Assembly: GCF_032062105.1 (NCBI RefSeq)
Contig: NW_026928016.1
Location: forward strand, 1 to 64,000
Direction: 5' to 3'
DNA length: 64,000 nt
DNA from: Saccostrea cucullata
Taxonomy: Eukaryota
Shown here: one piece after another, positions 51,220 to 63,743 of the stretch
Position numbering within the stretch: the first letter of the stretch is position 1
Layout of the letters: each line of letters begins with the position of its first letter
The notes under the pieces: generated by a model
What the model saw: the letters and a program-made list of their open reading frames with translations, nothing else
Told to the model about the DNA's origin: nothing
Databases searched by the model: none
Program-made: the position numbers and the translations under genes

Positions 51220-52380
51220 AAGAATAGTCACCGATAAACATGTATCTACATGTATAATCAGATAGAAGGTTGTAATCGTCAAGTCTTTATTAGAAACACA
51301 GCATGAAATTTTAATGGTTCAAGTTTTATTGTTAAATTCTGTGTGGTTTTTCAGTGTTGATATATCAGCAAATATACATGTTGTTCTCTCAAACTCAAAA
51401 TAATACTCTGAGAAATACATTTAGTGCTTAAAAGAACATTTCATTATGCTGATTTTCTAACACATGGTAAAACGATATAAAGATTTAGATCTTTTTTTTA
51501 GTGAGGTACATGTACCTGTATACATCTCATTATGTAAAAATAATATACTCCATTTTTTTGTTAAGATCTTTTAGTCTTGTTGAAGGTGCTTTGGTAAAAG
51601 ATTTTGATGTTGTCCTGATTGTTGTTTTAATTTACCGGTACTAATTATTATGTACATGTATATGCTTTCCAAGATGCATAAATTTCATGCAAAATTTTAT
51701 TATACATTTCAGCATTATAATTTTAATTTTTTTTTAAATTGCATTTATGTTAGCCAAACTTATAAAGTATAATTTTCTGAAGCATTAAGAATATTAAACA
51801 TTCTATGCAGCATTTTTTTCCACCAGTTTATTTACAAAGTAATATGTTTGATGTATTTTTACATTGATACATGGACATGCTTGGAGTATTGTGTGCAAAA
51901 ATAAAATAGAAGAAAAGAGAAGGAATTGCATTCTTTACATAACTTTTTACAGATTTTAAAACACATCTTTAGATGAAAACATGGGCAGAGTGAAAAAATG
52001 AGTTATTTGTGTGGTAGTGTGAGATTTAATATGTCACCCTACTAGCTTGGACTAGTGCGTTAATCCTCTAGCTCCATTGAGAACTGGACTGGTATGTCAG
52101 AGGCCCCAAGTTCAACCCCAAACAGATGCACATAAATGTCTGTTATGACTATAATGTCATTAGGGGAGGAAACCCTATGTGGTTGACATATAAGTTGTTT
52201 TTAGGCTTACATTTAACTTACTATTTACATTTCCAATGTCTTTGCGATATTTGTGGGGCAGTTTGGTAGGGAAATGTCTGACTACACTGAGCAAGAGCCT
52301 TTGAATGGTGTTAACTTTTATATATAAAAGCAGGCAATTACTTTAAGTATTTTGGATACTAATTGCCTTATAGAATCAGC

Positions 52381-52758
52381 TGTAATGGTTAGGGCCGTGG
52401 ATATCGGCCTGGATAGCTCAGTTGGTAGAGCACCTGACTAGAGATACAGGGGTCCCGGGTTCGATTCCCGGTCCAGCCATGCATTTTCTCCTTTCCTGTT
52501 ACAGATTTGGTGCCGTGACCGCCACATTCCTCCCTCCTTAAAGGTCTTTGGCCCTCCAAAGACCCCAACCCAGGCTCATCCCTGGCAGGTCTTTCACCTG
52601 TCAATTCCAGGGCATGGCACGGCACCAAATGTAACGGGAGAGGAGAAAATGCAGCGGACCAGACCGGGATTCAAACCCGGGCCCCCTGAAACTCCGGTCA
52701 GGTGCTCTACCAACTGAGCTATTTGGCCACCGGCGATCGAACCCGGCTGACCGCCACA
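52381..52758. mobile_element. tRNA-containing miniature LTR retroelement (Helenus/TRIM-like), inverted composite
   Basis: Plus-strand LTR 52381-52503 (TGTAA..TTACA) with Pol III A and B boxes, followed by PBS TGGTGCCGTGACC. Minus-strand LTR 52758-52630 followed by PBS TGGTGCCGTG, a short internal region, PPT AAGGAGGGAGGAA and the start of a second LTR. CAGC is duplicated on both flanks. Confidence 0.8.
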
Positions 52759-53077
52759 CAGCAAACTTAGTCCATTGATGTGTCTTGGGTCCTCAGAGCA
52801 TGTAGACTGCAAAGTAGATCACCATGACCTAATTTTTAAACATTTATGATATGTTTAAATGTGGCTTTATTTAAATAGTAAATATAGCTATATTTGAAAG
52901 TCGATTAAAATGTATTCAATTAGTAAATATGGCTATATTTGAATAGTGCATCAACTGAAAAGTAGATCACCATGGGATTCATGTATATTTTGAATGCTAT
53001 GATGATTATACTAATTAGCTTACAGGATGCATCTTGGGTCCTCATGATGTGTCAACTGAAAATGTCACCATGACCTC

Positions 53078-54312
53078 TTTTGAGCTCACCTGAGCCAAAT
53101 TTGGCTCCATCGAAATTTGTCATTGTTGTTGTAAACTTTTTGCATTTTTATCTTCTTCTCAAGAACCACTGGGCCATTTTCAACCAAACTTGCCACAAAG
53201 TATACTTGGGTTAAGGGGATTCAAGTTTATTCAAATTAAGGGCCACATCTTTTTCAAAGGGGAGATAACTATGAGTTAGTGAAAATTTTAAAAGTCTTCT
53301 GGAGAACCACTGGGCCAGGAAAGATGAAACTCATGTTGAAGGATCCTCATGTAGTGACTAGATTCAAGTTTGTTCAAATCATGATCCCGGGGGTAGGGTG
53401 GGGCCACAGTGGGGTATCAAAGTTTAATGTAGGAATACATACAAATTAAAAAAAAAATTCTTCTCAAGAACCACGGGGCCAGGAAAGATGAAACTCATAT
53501 GGAAGCAACCTCATGTAGTGTAGTTCAAGTTTGTTCAAATCATGACCCCTGGGGGTAGGGAGGGGCCACAATGGGGTATCAAAGATTAACATAAGAATAA
53601 TACATAGGAAATTAAAAAAAAAAATTCCTATGAACCACTGGGCTAGAAAAGATGAAACTCATGAAGAAGCATGGGGGAAGGGTGGGGCCACAATAGGGTA
53701 TCAAAGTTTAACATAGGAAAATTCTTAAAAAATCTTCTTAAGAACCACTGGGCCAGAAAAGATGAAACTCATGTAGAAGCATCTTCTGGTATTGTAGATT
53801 CAAGTTTGTTCAAATTGTGACCCCCAGGGTTACAGGGTAAGGGTAAGGCCACAATGGGATATCAAAGTTAAACATTGGAATACATAGGGAATTTTTTGAA
53901 AATCTTCTAAGAACCATTGGGCCAGAAAAGATGAAACTCATGTAGAAGCATCCTCTTGTAGTATAAATTCAAGTTTCTTCAAATCATGATCCCTGGGGGT
54001 AGGATGGAGCCTCAGTGGGGTATTAAATTTTAACATAGTAATACATAAGAAAAATCTTTAAAAATCCTCTTCTCAAGAACAGCAAAGCCATGATTGGTAA
54101 TAGTTTTATGGAAGCATCCTCTGGTAGTGTAGATTAAAATTTGTTCAAATCATGACCCTCTGGGGTGAGATGAGGGCACAATCGGGGATCAAAGTTTAAC
54201 ATAGGAATACATGCTTTAGAAAAAAATCACTTTCTCAAGAAAAGCAAAGCCATGATTGGTCATATTTATATGGGAACATCCTCTGTTAGTGTAGATTGAA
54301 ATTTGTTCAAAT
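53078..54312 (+). repeat. HINE-associated ~165-bp satellite array, interrupted by the Gypsy insertion
   Basis: Start TTTTGAGCTCACCTGAG and recurrent AGAACCACTGGGCCAG.AAAGATGAAACTCAT units. The array breaks at ...TTCAAAT|TGTCAC. Confidence 0.75.
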
Positions 54313-54981
54313 TGTCACAGGGTGACAATTACTTGTTTTTATTTTATTTAGTATAGTTATTTAGTACAGCTGGTATAGTAAGTCAGTATAGTAGATAGCT
54401 GTAGTAAATTCCTTCATTCATTCATTCATACCTGGTCATTCATTGTCATCATGTTTGTATTGTATTCTGGTTTGTCCGGTGTTCCGTGTCACGTGAGTGT
54501 TTGGTTGTCACGTGATTGTCTTGTGGTTTATTTTATCCTAGGTGTGAGTTGTAAAACCAGTATGTATGGGGTGTGGTAGTTATGTACGCATGTGTGAGTC
54601 CTGGTATATATACTTATGCACGGACTATTCCTTTTTAATCTTGACGATACATTGACGATAGTTTGGATGTTCTCCTGCGAGAAATCCACGTGAGCAGTTT
54701 GTCTAAGAAATTCCTTACGGAATCTTAGTGCCTTAATTGATGTGACTGGTAAGAATAAATAACTCTTTATATTGATTTTAAACTATTCTAATTAAATAAA
54801 TATTAGTGTGTGTGAAATTGTACGAGTGTGTCATTTTCATTGCAGGTCACCTTCATTCGTTTGTTCGTTAATATTTTATTTCATCGTACCTGCAGAAATT
54901 GTCATCCAATAAATATATGAACCTTTATTGAGGAACTGTGTTGAATTATTATTATTCCCTGAGATTGGGAGACCCGTGACA
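54313..54981 (+). repeat. 5' LTR (669 bp)
   Basis: TG..CA termini, followed by the PBS. It is a direct repeat of 63744-64000. Confidence 0.9.
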
Positions 54982-55742
54982 ATGGCGCCCAACGCTGGTT
55001 TAACTTAGGAACCAGGCTGAATCCTAAGAAGAACGTCTTAGAACTGTTAAAGGTGACCAGGCCATTTCTACAAGATTTTATACGAACTACAAGTAAGCGG
55101 TTTTCAGAGAACAAGTGAAGTGCTTTTGTGTTATGAAAATTTGTGAAAATTTATCTTCAGTGTGCATATATGAAACAGAGCTCTATGTAATATCCATTCA
55201 ATCCTGAGAAATTCAGCGCTGGAAACACTGAACTCCCGTGTCGGCAGTTACGAGCTACACAGGGACTACTTTTACACCGAGCGCTTCGAGTAAGCAGTGT
55301 GACGTCACAACTATTCATGGATACCCATGTGCCCGAGACGAGAGATGTTTTGGTGGATTATCCATTTAATTAACATTCGTGCCAAGAACTGTGTGTGCTG
55401 AACGATTCTTATAAACGGATAGACGCGGCCTATTCTTGGACTATCTGGAAATCGTGGTGGACTTTTCTATTTTGACTGCTGTTGACTGTGTGTGTCAGAT
55501 GTTCTATTTTTAAACATTTCTATTTTCACTTTGTAGATTATTGTTATTTTGTATGTAATATTTGTTTCATTTGTCATTTGATTGTATAATTCATTCATGT
55601 GAGTCAGCATAGCGAGATCGAGAGTGTGTAAAACAGCCTCAAAAGTTTAAAATTCCTGAATAATTGAAAAAAAAAAGTAAAGGAAAGTAGGTAAATCAGT
55701 GGAATTTATAGTAAGACATAGTACAGAGACTTATCTTCTTTA

Positions 55743-56717
55743 GGCCAAAGTTATTTTATCTTTAGGTGTGAAACTTCTTCCAAACGGAACATAGCTGATT
55801 TCAAAAAACACCACCACCCTTCTTTTGAATCGATAAAAATTAGAAATATTTCCTGAAATTTGGAAAAATTATTTGTAGTAAAATGAGAATGAGAAAAAGA
55901 TGATAGAATATTGGGAACATGACACATTCATTTTTTTTAACAAAAAAACTAACTAATTTACTTAGAGTTAGATTCATAATCTTGTAAACAATATATTATA
56001 TTGTTTTGAAACCCTACAATGTTGCCTATTTCCTTTTATTAGCATGACCTTATAACTATGTAAAATATTTGACTTATAACCATTCATCTGGTTATATTGA
56101 TTTTTTCATTGTTTCATACACTTGTCACACAAAATTTAGCATGTGTCTGGGTTTGGGAAATAAAATTCAAATTTTAAAAAAAACGTACATAGTTTTTGTG
56201 TGCAATTTCTGCAATTTTTGTCCAGTTTCAACATACAATTCCTTACCTTTGAACTGGAAGAAAAATATTACCATTGGGAAAAAATAGCGAAGTTATGTCA
56301 TTGAAACAGCTGATATTTGGTGCTTATTTTTTATTTCCATAAAAATCATAGATTACGTTTTTAACAGGACTCTTTGGGGAAAAGAAATATTGCATCTCCC
56401 ATAGTTTGCTCTTCCTTCATTCTCCGTGAAAATTAAGTTTCTGAACATGGTACTATCTCCATGACATTTTAACTGCACTTTAAAATGAAGACATGCTTGC
56501 CGCCATGTTTACACGTTTCTGTTTATAGTCACAGAAATGTTTGAAAGAATGAAACGTTTTAGTACTCAAGCATTATCAATATTAAAACCCTGAAATCAGG
56601 CATGAATTTTCCGGGAAATTATCGAAAGTGGTGATAAAATCCATTATTTTTATTTTCTAGACCCTGAAAAAATCGGGTCGGCGGATCCGTAAACCGAAAG
56701 ATATAAAAACTGTGGCC
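55743..56717. mobile_element. Zator/Harbinger-type MITE nested in the Gypsy 5' leader
   Basis: Imperfect TIR GGCCAAAGTTATTTTATCTTTAGGT / ACCGAAAGATATAAAAACTGTGGCC with a TTA TSD. Confidence 0.7.
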
Positions 56718-56829
56718 TTACTAACATTTTATTTGCACTTGGTATTAAATTTTTGTGAAAAAGCAGAGAGAAATATTTGTGAGACAGAATCTTAATCTAT
56801 TTTGTTTCAGAATAATCAATTTGGTTTAA

Positions 56830-57836
56830 AGATATGTATGCCGTATTTTTGCATAGCTGAAACTAAACAAAAATATCTGAAGTATGATAAGCTATCAAAA
56901 ATGAAGCATTCTCTTTATTATTCGGTATTAACAAAGTACTGGTCGGGAAAAGAACACGATATTCTCATGCATATTTATAAAGGACTGACGTTTATGTTGG
57001 ATCTGCGCATGTTTTGAAACTATTTTTTGTGACGTCTGTTCAGCGAGGAACCAACAAGACTGTTCAGCTCAATGTTCTATTTATTGCATTTATGGGTTAC
57101 TACTCAGTACATAAATACTTCATGTGTTTTTCGAACAGGCTAGTTTTTTTTAAATCGCTCTCAGAAAGACGTGGTACATTTCCCAAGCATTCACACGCTT
57201 AATGCATTATGTACATTATCATCTACAAATCCCATGCTAACATTTGCATACAAATGAACAATGATAAAAATAAGAGTTTCCCCACTCTATTGTACAGGTC
57301 CGTTTGTTTTACTGACAGTAAAAAGACAATTTCACGTGACTATATATTCCTCGGTACAAAAAGCAACTAACTCTGAGGTGTGCTCACGTATTGACAATGT
57401 TTACAATGTGTACAACTTCGAAACATACAGTATGCTAACAAGAAAGACTGCATTTGTTTGTCAATATGAGCATAGGGATTAATTATTTTTAAAACAGGTT
57501 TTAAAAAAATAGCTTTCCAGCCGTCAATTGAACTCGCACCGTACAATTCCCAAACCCACGTGTTTGTAGTGAAAGCGTAGTAGACCATCATGCTTTTCGG
57601 CTCTTTACGAGATTGGACCATTGTTTGCTTGAGCACAGGTGTTCATGAATATTTCAATAAGAGGCGGTTTAATAAACGGAGAGAAAATAATTTTTACAAA
57701 ATAATATTTCATAACTTTTAAAAGTGATGGAGTGGAATTGTCTTAATTGCAGAAATTACATAACTTATGTAACTTGAGGAGACACCACATATATTTATTT
57801 CTTTAGCAATAAAACACTAATACGGCATATATATCT
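56830..57836. mobile_element. Kolobok-type MITE nested in the Gypsy 5' leader
   Basis: TIR AGATATGTATGCCGTATT / AATACGGCATATATATCT with TTAA at 56826-29 and 57837-40. Confidence 0.75.
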
Positions 57837-58241
57837 TTAAATTTACAAGTTTCATGGTTGACAAGTTTTGTGTTCTGGAGGTTGTGTTGAGTGTCATCTT
57901 TGTGTTGATCATCTTTGTGTTTCAGGATTCATCAAACTCATTATTTCATACCCCATCATTATTATAGATGTAGATTTAAGATTTATTAGTGTAGTTATTT
58001 AGAGCAAGATTTAGAGAATTTAGGCTCGATCTTTATCTAGAGAATTACAGGATTCGTGGGAAGTTATACTGATACTTGAAGTGTAAGTGACACTGTTAGA
58101 AAAATGTAGTGGTATTGATCATTAGTTTGAGATATAACTTTGTAGATTATTTTTTTTACAGGGTTTATTACATTGAACTTGATTGTATAATCTATGAAGA
58201 TCTGCTTTACTTTTCTAGTCACAACAGTGTTTATTATAACA

Positions 58242-59331
58242 ATGGCTACAGGTGGAAAGAAAGCATCAGATCATGAGTCCTGGGAAGAAGAGATTGAAAA
58301 GGGCGAAAAAGATCAAGAAAAGCTCATACATGATGTAGGTAAGATTGACCCAAAATATAAAGTCATCACAAAGGAAGAGTATGAGTATTTAATGGCTATG
58401 AAGGCCAGTACACCTCTGACAGGTCCAGGAAAAGGTTTTCCATTTCCAAGTTCTCCAATACCAGGTAAATTTCAACCTGCATTAAACCCCTCATTCAATA
58501 TGTCAACTTTGCAGAGTAATTTCAATACGACTCCAAAGCTTCCTACATTTAGTGGCAGTGAGGAACTTCAAAAAGGGGAAGTGACCTATGAAGTCTGGAG
58601 TTTCGAGGTAAGGTGCCTTAGAAATTCACAGGTGTTGCCTGATGCTGTATTACTTCAGACAATTAGAAATTCCCTCAAGGGAACTGCAAGGTCAATGCTG
58701 ATTTCACTCGGTGAATCAGCTACAGCAAGTCAAATTTTGGAGAAATTAGAAGGGTTTTATGGAATGGTAAGTAGTAGTGAAACTTTAATGCAACAGTTCT
58801 ATAACGACTGTCAGAAAGAAAATGAGAGTATTGTGGCTTACGGTTCTAGGTTAGAATCTACACTATGTAAGGCAATCAAACAGGGCCACATAGATGACAT
58901 TGCAAAAGATACAATGCTATGTAGTAAATTTTGGACTGGATTGAGAAGTAAGTCATTAAGAAATTCTACTAGATATATCTATGCAAATATAACAGAATTT
59001 CAGGTTTTGCTCAGAGAAATCAGGAAAGTAGAGCAAGAAAGAGATCAACATGGAGACTGTGAACAAAGATGCCAAGTCTGCAGCTCTCCACAGCAGATCA
59101 ACAGAAGCTAGCAGAGATACAACAAATCAAGAACTTCTCAAAGCAATTAAAGGTATCGAGAGGAGACTGGAAAACTTGGAAAAGAAACAAGGTAATGTAA
59201 ACAATTTTCAGTTTGTGGGGAGAGGAAGGTCCTCACAAAGAGGATTTTACAGAGGACAAAGTAGAGGTAGAGGTTGGTCTAACAGGGGTAAGTACACAGA
59301 TCAATCAAATCAAGGTTACCCAAAAGAGTAA
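58242..59331 (+). pseudogene. gag: Gypsy gag (PNMA-like capsid) with a frameshift near 59040
   Basis: MATGG start, PKLPTFSG..GEVTYEVWSFEV, IRNSLKG.A, QKENESIVAYGSRLE. The RG-rich C-terminus lies in another frame (59050-59331). Deleting one A at GAAAGAG restores EQEEINMET. Confidence 0.8.
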
Positions 59332-59342
59332 TCTCTTCTGTT

Positions 59343-62300
59343 GTGGGGCGAACGGGAGAGAATACTGATTTATGCCCTAAAGAGTTACAGGATAGGATGA
59401 TAGGTCCAACAAATGAAGCATATGTCAAAATTTGTGGGAAGAAGGTTTCAAGTCTGATAGATAGTGGTTCAATGGTTACAACCATTTCAGAGTCATTTTA
59501 TAATTCTCTGGAGAACAAACCAAGTCTACATGAAATATCTGAATTTAAATTAGATGTTTATGGTGCAAATGGGGACAGTTTGCCCTATTTGGGTTATGTA
59601 GAAGCAGAAATTGAAGTTCCATTTATGCAAGAACCATTATTTATTCCAGCTTTAATAACTCGGGATTCAAGCTTCAATAGTAGAGTTCCAGTTGTTATTG
59701 GGACAAATGTTATTAGACTTTGTGTAGATTTTACAGGTGAGTGTGAAGAAGCATGGCAAACGGCTATTAACACTATGTGTGTTAATTGCTGTGTACCTGT
59801 TAAGACAACTAATAAATATCCTATACATTTAGCTCCCAATGAAGTGAAATACATTAGAGGAATGGTAAGAAACATGGAAGGGACAGTGAAGACCTTAATA
59901 ACAGAACAGCTGGAGAACAGTCAGGCCGGAGTGGTAGTATGCCCTCGACTGGTAGCGTCCAGTAGTACAGGGAAAAACAAAAGGGTCACAGTTAAGGTAT
60001 GTAATATCTCGGCTAGTGCTGTTAAGATACCACCCAAGACGAACATCTGTAGTGTGAGTCAGGTAAGAGTAGTAGACACCTGGAATCCACAACATGCAGA
60101 GACCAAACCAGTCAAGAAGAAGGATTCCACTACCAGATCATTAGCAGATTTAGGGGTGAAGGTCAACACTGACAAACTCTCTAAGGGGGAGGAAAGAGAA
60201 GCTTTGCATACTATTGGAAAATGGCAACACTTATTCTCTACATCTCCTACAGACCTAGGGAGGACAGATGTGGTCAAACATGAGATAAACCTAACCACAG
60301 AAATACCTTTCAAGGAACCATACAGACGCATTCCCCCTGGTATGATTGAAGAAGTTAGGCAGACGTTGAAAGAGATGTTGGAGGCAGGGGCCATCAGGAA
60401 GTCGAGCAGTCCCTACTGTTCTAACGTGGTTCTATGTAGAAAGTCAGACGGATCCTTGAGATTTTGTATAGACCTGAGGAAGCTTAACAACAGGACTATC
60501 AAGGATGCGTATACTCTACCCAGAATAGAGGACACTTTAGATAGATTGGACGGATCAAGGTATTTCAGTAAATTAGATTTAAAGTCCGGCTACTGGCAGG
60601 TCGAGATTCGTGAGGAAGACAAGAAAAAGAAAGCCTTTACGGTAGGTCCATTAGGGTTCTTTGAATGTAACAGGATGCCGTTTGGTCTCACCAACGCTCC
60701 TGCGACATTCCAAAGACTAATGGAAATGTGTATGGGTGATATGAATCTAAAAGAATGTTTACTTTTTCTCGATGATATTCTAATTTTCTCGAGTACATTT
60801 CAGGAACATCTGGTGAGGTTGGAATCAGTTTTTCAGAGATTACATGACTACAAGTTGAAATTGAATCCAAAGAAATGTGAATTCTTCAAAAGTCAAGTTC
60901 GCTATTTGGGTCATGTGGTTTCTGAGAAAGGGATTATGACTGATCCAGAGAAAACATCAGCTTTAGAAAATTGGCCTGTTCCATGTAATGTAAAGTCATT
61001 AAGATCTTTCTTAGGGTTTACAGGGTACTATCGCAGATTTATTAAAGACTACGCAAGGATTGTAAAGCCCTTGAATGATCTGCTGATTGGACAACCTACC
61101 AACAAAGCAGCAAAGAAAAACAGAAAGAGAAAGAAAGCTGAGTGGAAATGGGGTGAGTCAGAACAACAATCTTTTGAACTCATTATTCAGAAGCTTACAC
61201 ATCCTCCTATTCTTGCTTTTGCCAATTTCTCTAAGCCATTTATTTTGAACATAGATGCAAGTGTTAATGGTTTAGGGGCAGTTCTGTATCAAGAGCAGGA
61301 TGGTAAGGAGCGTGTTATTGCATATGCAAGTAGGGGTTTACGGCAATCTGAGAAACATTATCCAGCACATAAGCTTGAATTTTTGTGTTTGAAATGGGCT
61401 GTTGTAGATAAATATCATGATTATTTGTATGGCAATCATTTTGATGTAAGGACAGACAATAATCCTCTTACGTATGTCACCACAACAGCCAAACTTGACG
61501 CAACATCACATCGCTGGTTGGCATCATTATCAGCATATGATTTTAAGATAACGTACAGATCAGGTAAGCTCAACAGAGACGCTGATGGGTTATCAAGAAA
61601 TCCCCCTAAACAAGAACTGTTTTCAGATGTGGTTAAAGCTATTTCTCAGGCAGCATTGGTAAAGGTAAATCCCCTAGCAGAGAGTTGTGTTATTGGTAAG
61701 TCACTAGAGCCTGACAATGCTGAGAGAGCTGAGACATCACAGAAACTTAGCACTGTGAATTGGGAACTGGAACAAGGTAATGATACTGTTATAAGTAGGG
61801 TCAAGGATCTACTTCAAAGAGGAATCAAACCAACTGGAAAAGACCTACAAGAGGAATCAAATTCAGTCAAGTTACTCTTAAGGGAATGGAAGCAACTGGT
61901 GATTGAAAGAGGAATCTTGTTTAGAAAAACTACTGTTGCTGGAGAGGAGATACGTCAGTTAGTTTTACCAAGTAAGTATAAAGACAGTGTACTCATAGGA
62001 CTTCATGAGGATATGGGTCACCAAGGACGAGACCGAACTTACTGGTTGGAACAGCAGAGATTCTACTGGTCAAACATGTATACAGATGTAGTGGAAAAGG
62101 TAGAGAAATGTGACAGGTGTGTGAGGTTTAAGACGAGAGAAGTACCAAGGACAGGATTGGTTTCCATTTTTACATCAAGACCTATGGAACTGGTTTGTAT
62201 GGACTTTCTGACTCTTGAGAAGTCTAAAGGTGGGTATGAGAACATACTAGTCATTACTGACCACTTTACGAGGTATGCGGTGGCTGTTCCGACCAGGAAC

Positions 62301-63488
62301 CAATTAGCATCTACTACGGCTAAGGTACTTTATGAACATTTCATCTGCCATTACAGTTTCCCTGAGCGTATACATTCAGACCAGGGCAGGAACTTTGAAA
62401 GTTCAGTTATCAAGGAACTCTGTAAGATTGCTGGAGTAAAGAAGAGCAGAACAACTCCATACCACCCTATGGGAAATGGGCAAGTTGAAAGGTTCAACCA
62501 GACATTGCTGAAGATGTTAGGGACGTTAGACAGTGAACAGAAGCATGATTGGAAAACTTACGTTTTACCTTTAGTTAATGCCTACAATTCAACGAAGCAT
62601 GAGACAACGGGATTCTCGCCGCATTACCTGATGTTTGGGTGAAACCCTAGATTAGCGATAGATGCATATCTTGGATTGGAAGAAACACCTCAAAAGACCA
62701 GAAGTAGGGAGAATTATGCACAGAAGCTGAAGAAAAGACTAAACTATGCATACAAGATGGCCAGAGGTAACATTGGTAGAAACAATGTAAGGTATAAACA
62801 AGGTTATGACAGGCAGGTCCGTTTTGAAAAATTAGAAGTTGGAGATAGGGTTTTGGTAAGAACATTAGTATTTTCTGGTAGATCAAAATTAGCTGATAAG
62901 TGGGAGAGAGATCCCTACATGGTAATAGAACAGCCTGTTTCAAACATCCCAGTCTATAGAGTCAAAAATGAGATATCAGGAAAAATTAGAACATTACATA
63001 GGAATCTTTTATTACCTTTTATGTGCATTACAAAATCTTCGAATTTAGATCAACATTCAGATAACAGGGTCCCGAACGCAGTACCAGACCAGGAAGTTGC
63101 AGAATCAGAGACAGAGTCCGAATCTGAGGATGAGGAAGTTTTGGTAAGGCATAAAAGAGTCAAACCTAAACAGTATATATCTAGTGTTTCAGATAGGTCA
63201 AGGTCATCCAAGTCACTATTAAATAGAGAAGCATCAACTAGAGAAAATACAACACTGAACCGCACAGAGCCATCAACTAGGGAGACTTCAACAAGCGAAA
63301 GTATAAAGTTAACCCACATGGAACCATCTATTCCAGCTAATGTAGTAGCAGAGCCCCGCAGGTCTGCCAGAACCAAGAAAGTACCAGATAGGTATGGTTC
63401 CTGGGTATCTCCCATAGAGACACAAGATGTGGTATGTATAAATAGGGAGAACGTCACAGGTAATCAGGATGTGTGTATATGGATTTAA
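59343..63488 (+). pseudogene. pol: Gypsy pol (protease, RT, RNase H, integrase) with one premature stop
   Basis: LIDSGS protease; LDLKSGYWQ / FLDD RT; IDAS RNase H; HHCC and D-D-E integrase. The TGA at 62640-42 in MFG*NPRL is likely CGA>TGA, and the same frame continues to 63488 (KLADKW..PY; RRSAR..PDRY). Confidence 0.92.
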
Positions 63489-63743
63489 TGTGTTGTTTTT
63501 ATGTTATGTTTTTATTTCATCTTGAATAGAACTACTATGATTTAACTTAAGATTTCACTTACAATGACTTACTTAATTATCGTGTGGAGTATATTGTAGT
63601 TCATAATTTTATGATTAGTCATTAAGTCTTATTATTTGATAGTTACTTAGTTTTGATAAGACTTAAGTTAGTGTAGATAAGTTTAGTAGTAGAGTATTCT
63701 CTTTAAGAAATGTCAGGAGACATTTTATTAAAGAGGGGGAGAA

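Noticed and set aside
52406-52479. Apparent tRNA gene (AGA anticodon), with an inverted partner at about 52657-52730
   Set aside because: It lacks the long variable arm expected of tRNA-Ser, has an imperfect anticodon stem, and sits inside TG..CA mini-LTRs followed by a PBS. It is treated as retroelement-borne tRNA-like sequence.
58194-59331. Domesticated PNMA/Arc-like host gene
   Set aside because: It lies inside an LTR-bounded element with PBS, pol and PPT, and is frameshifted, so it is ordinary retrotransposon gag.
59594-63457. Antisense ORFs within pol
   Set aside because: Shadow frames of the coding strand with no independent signal.
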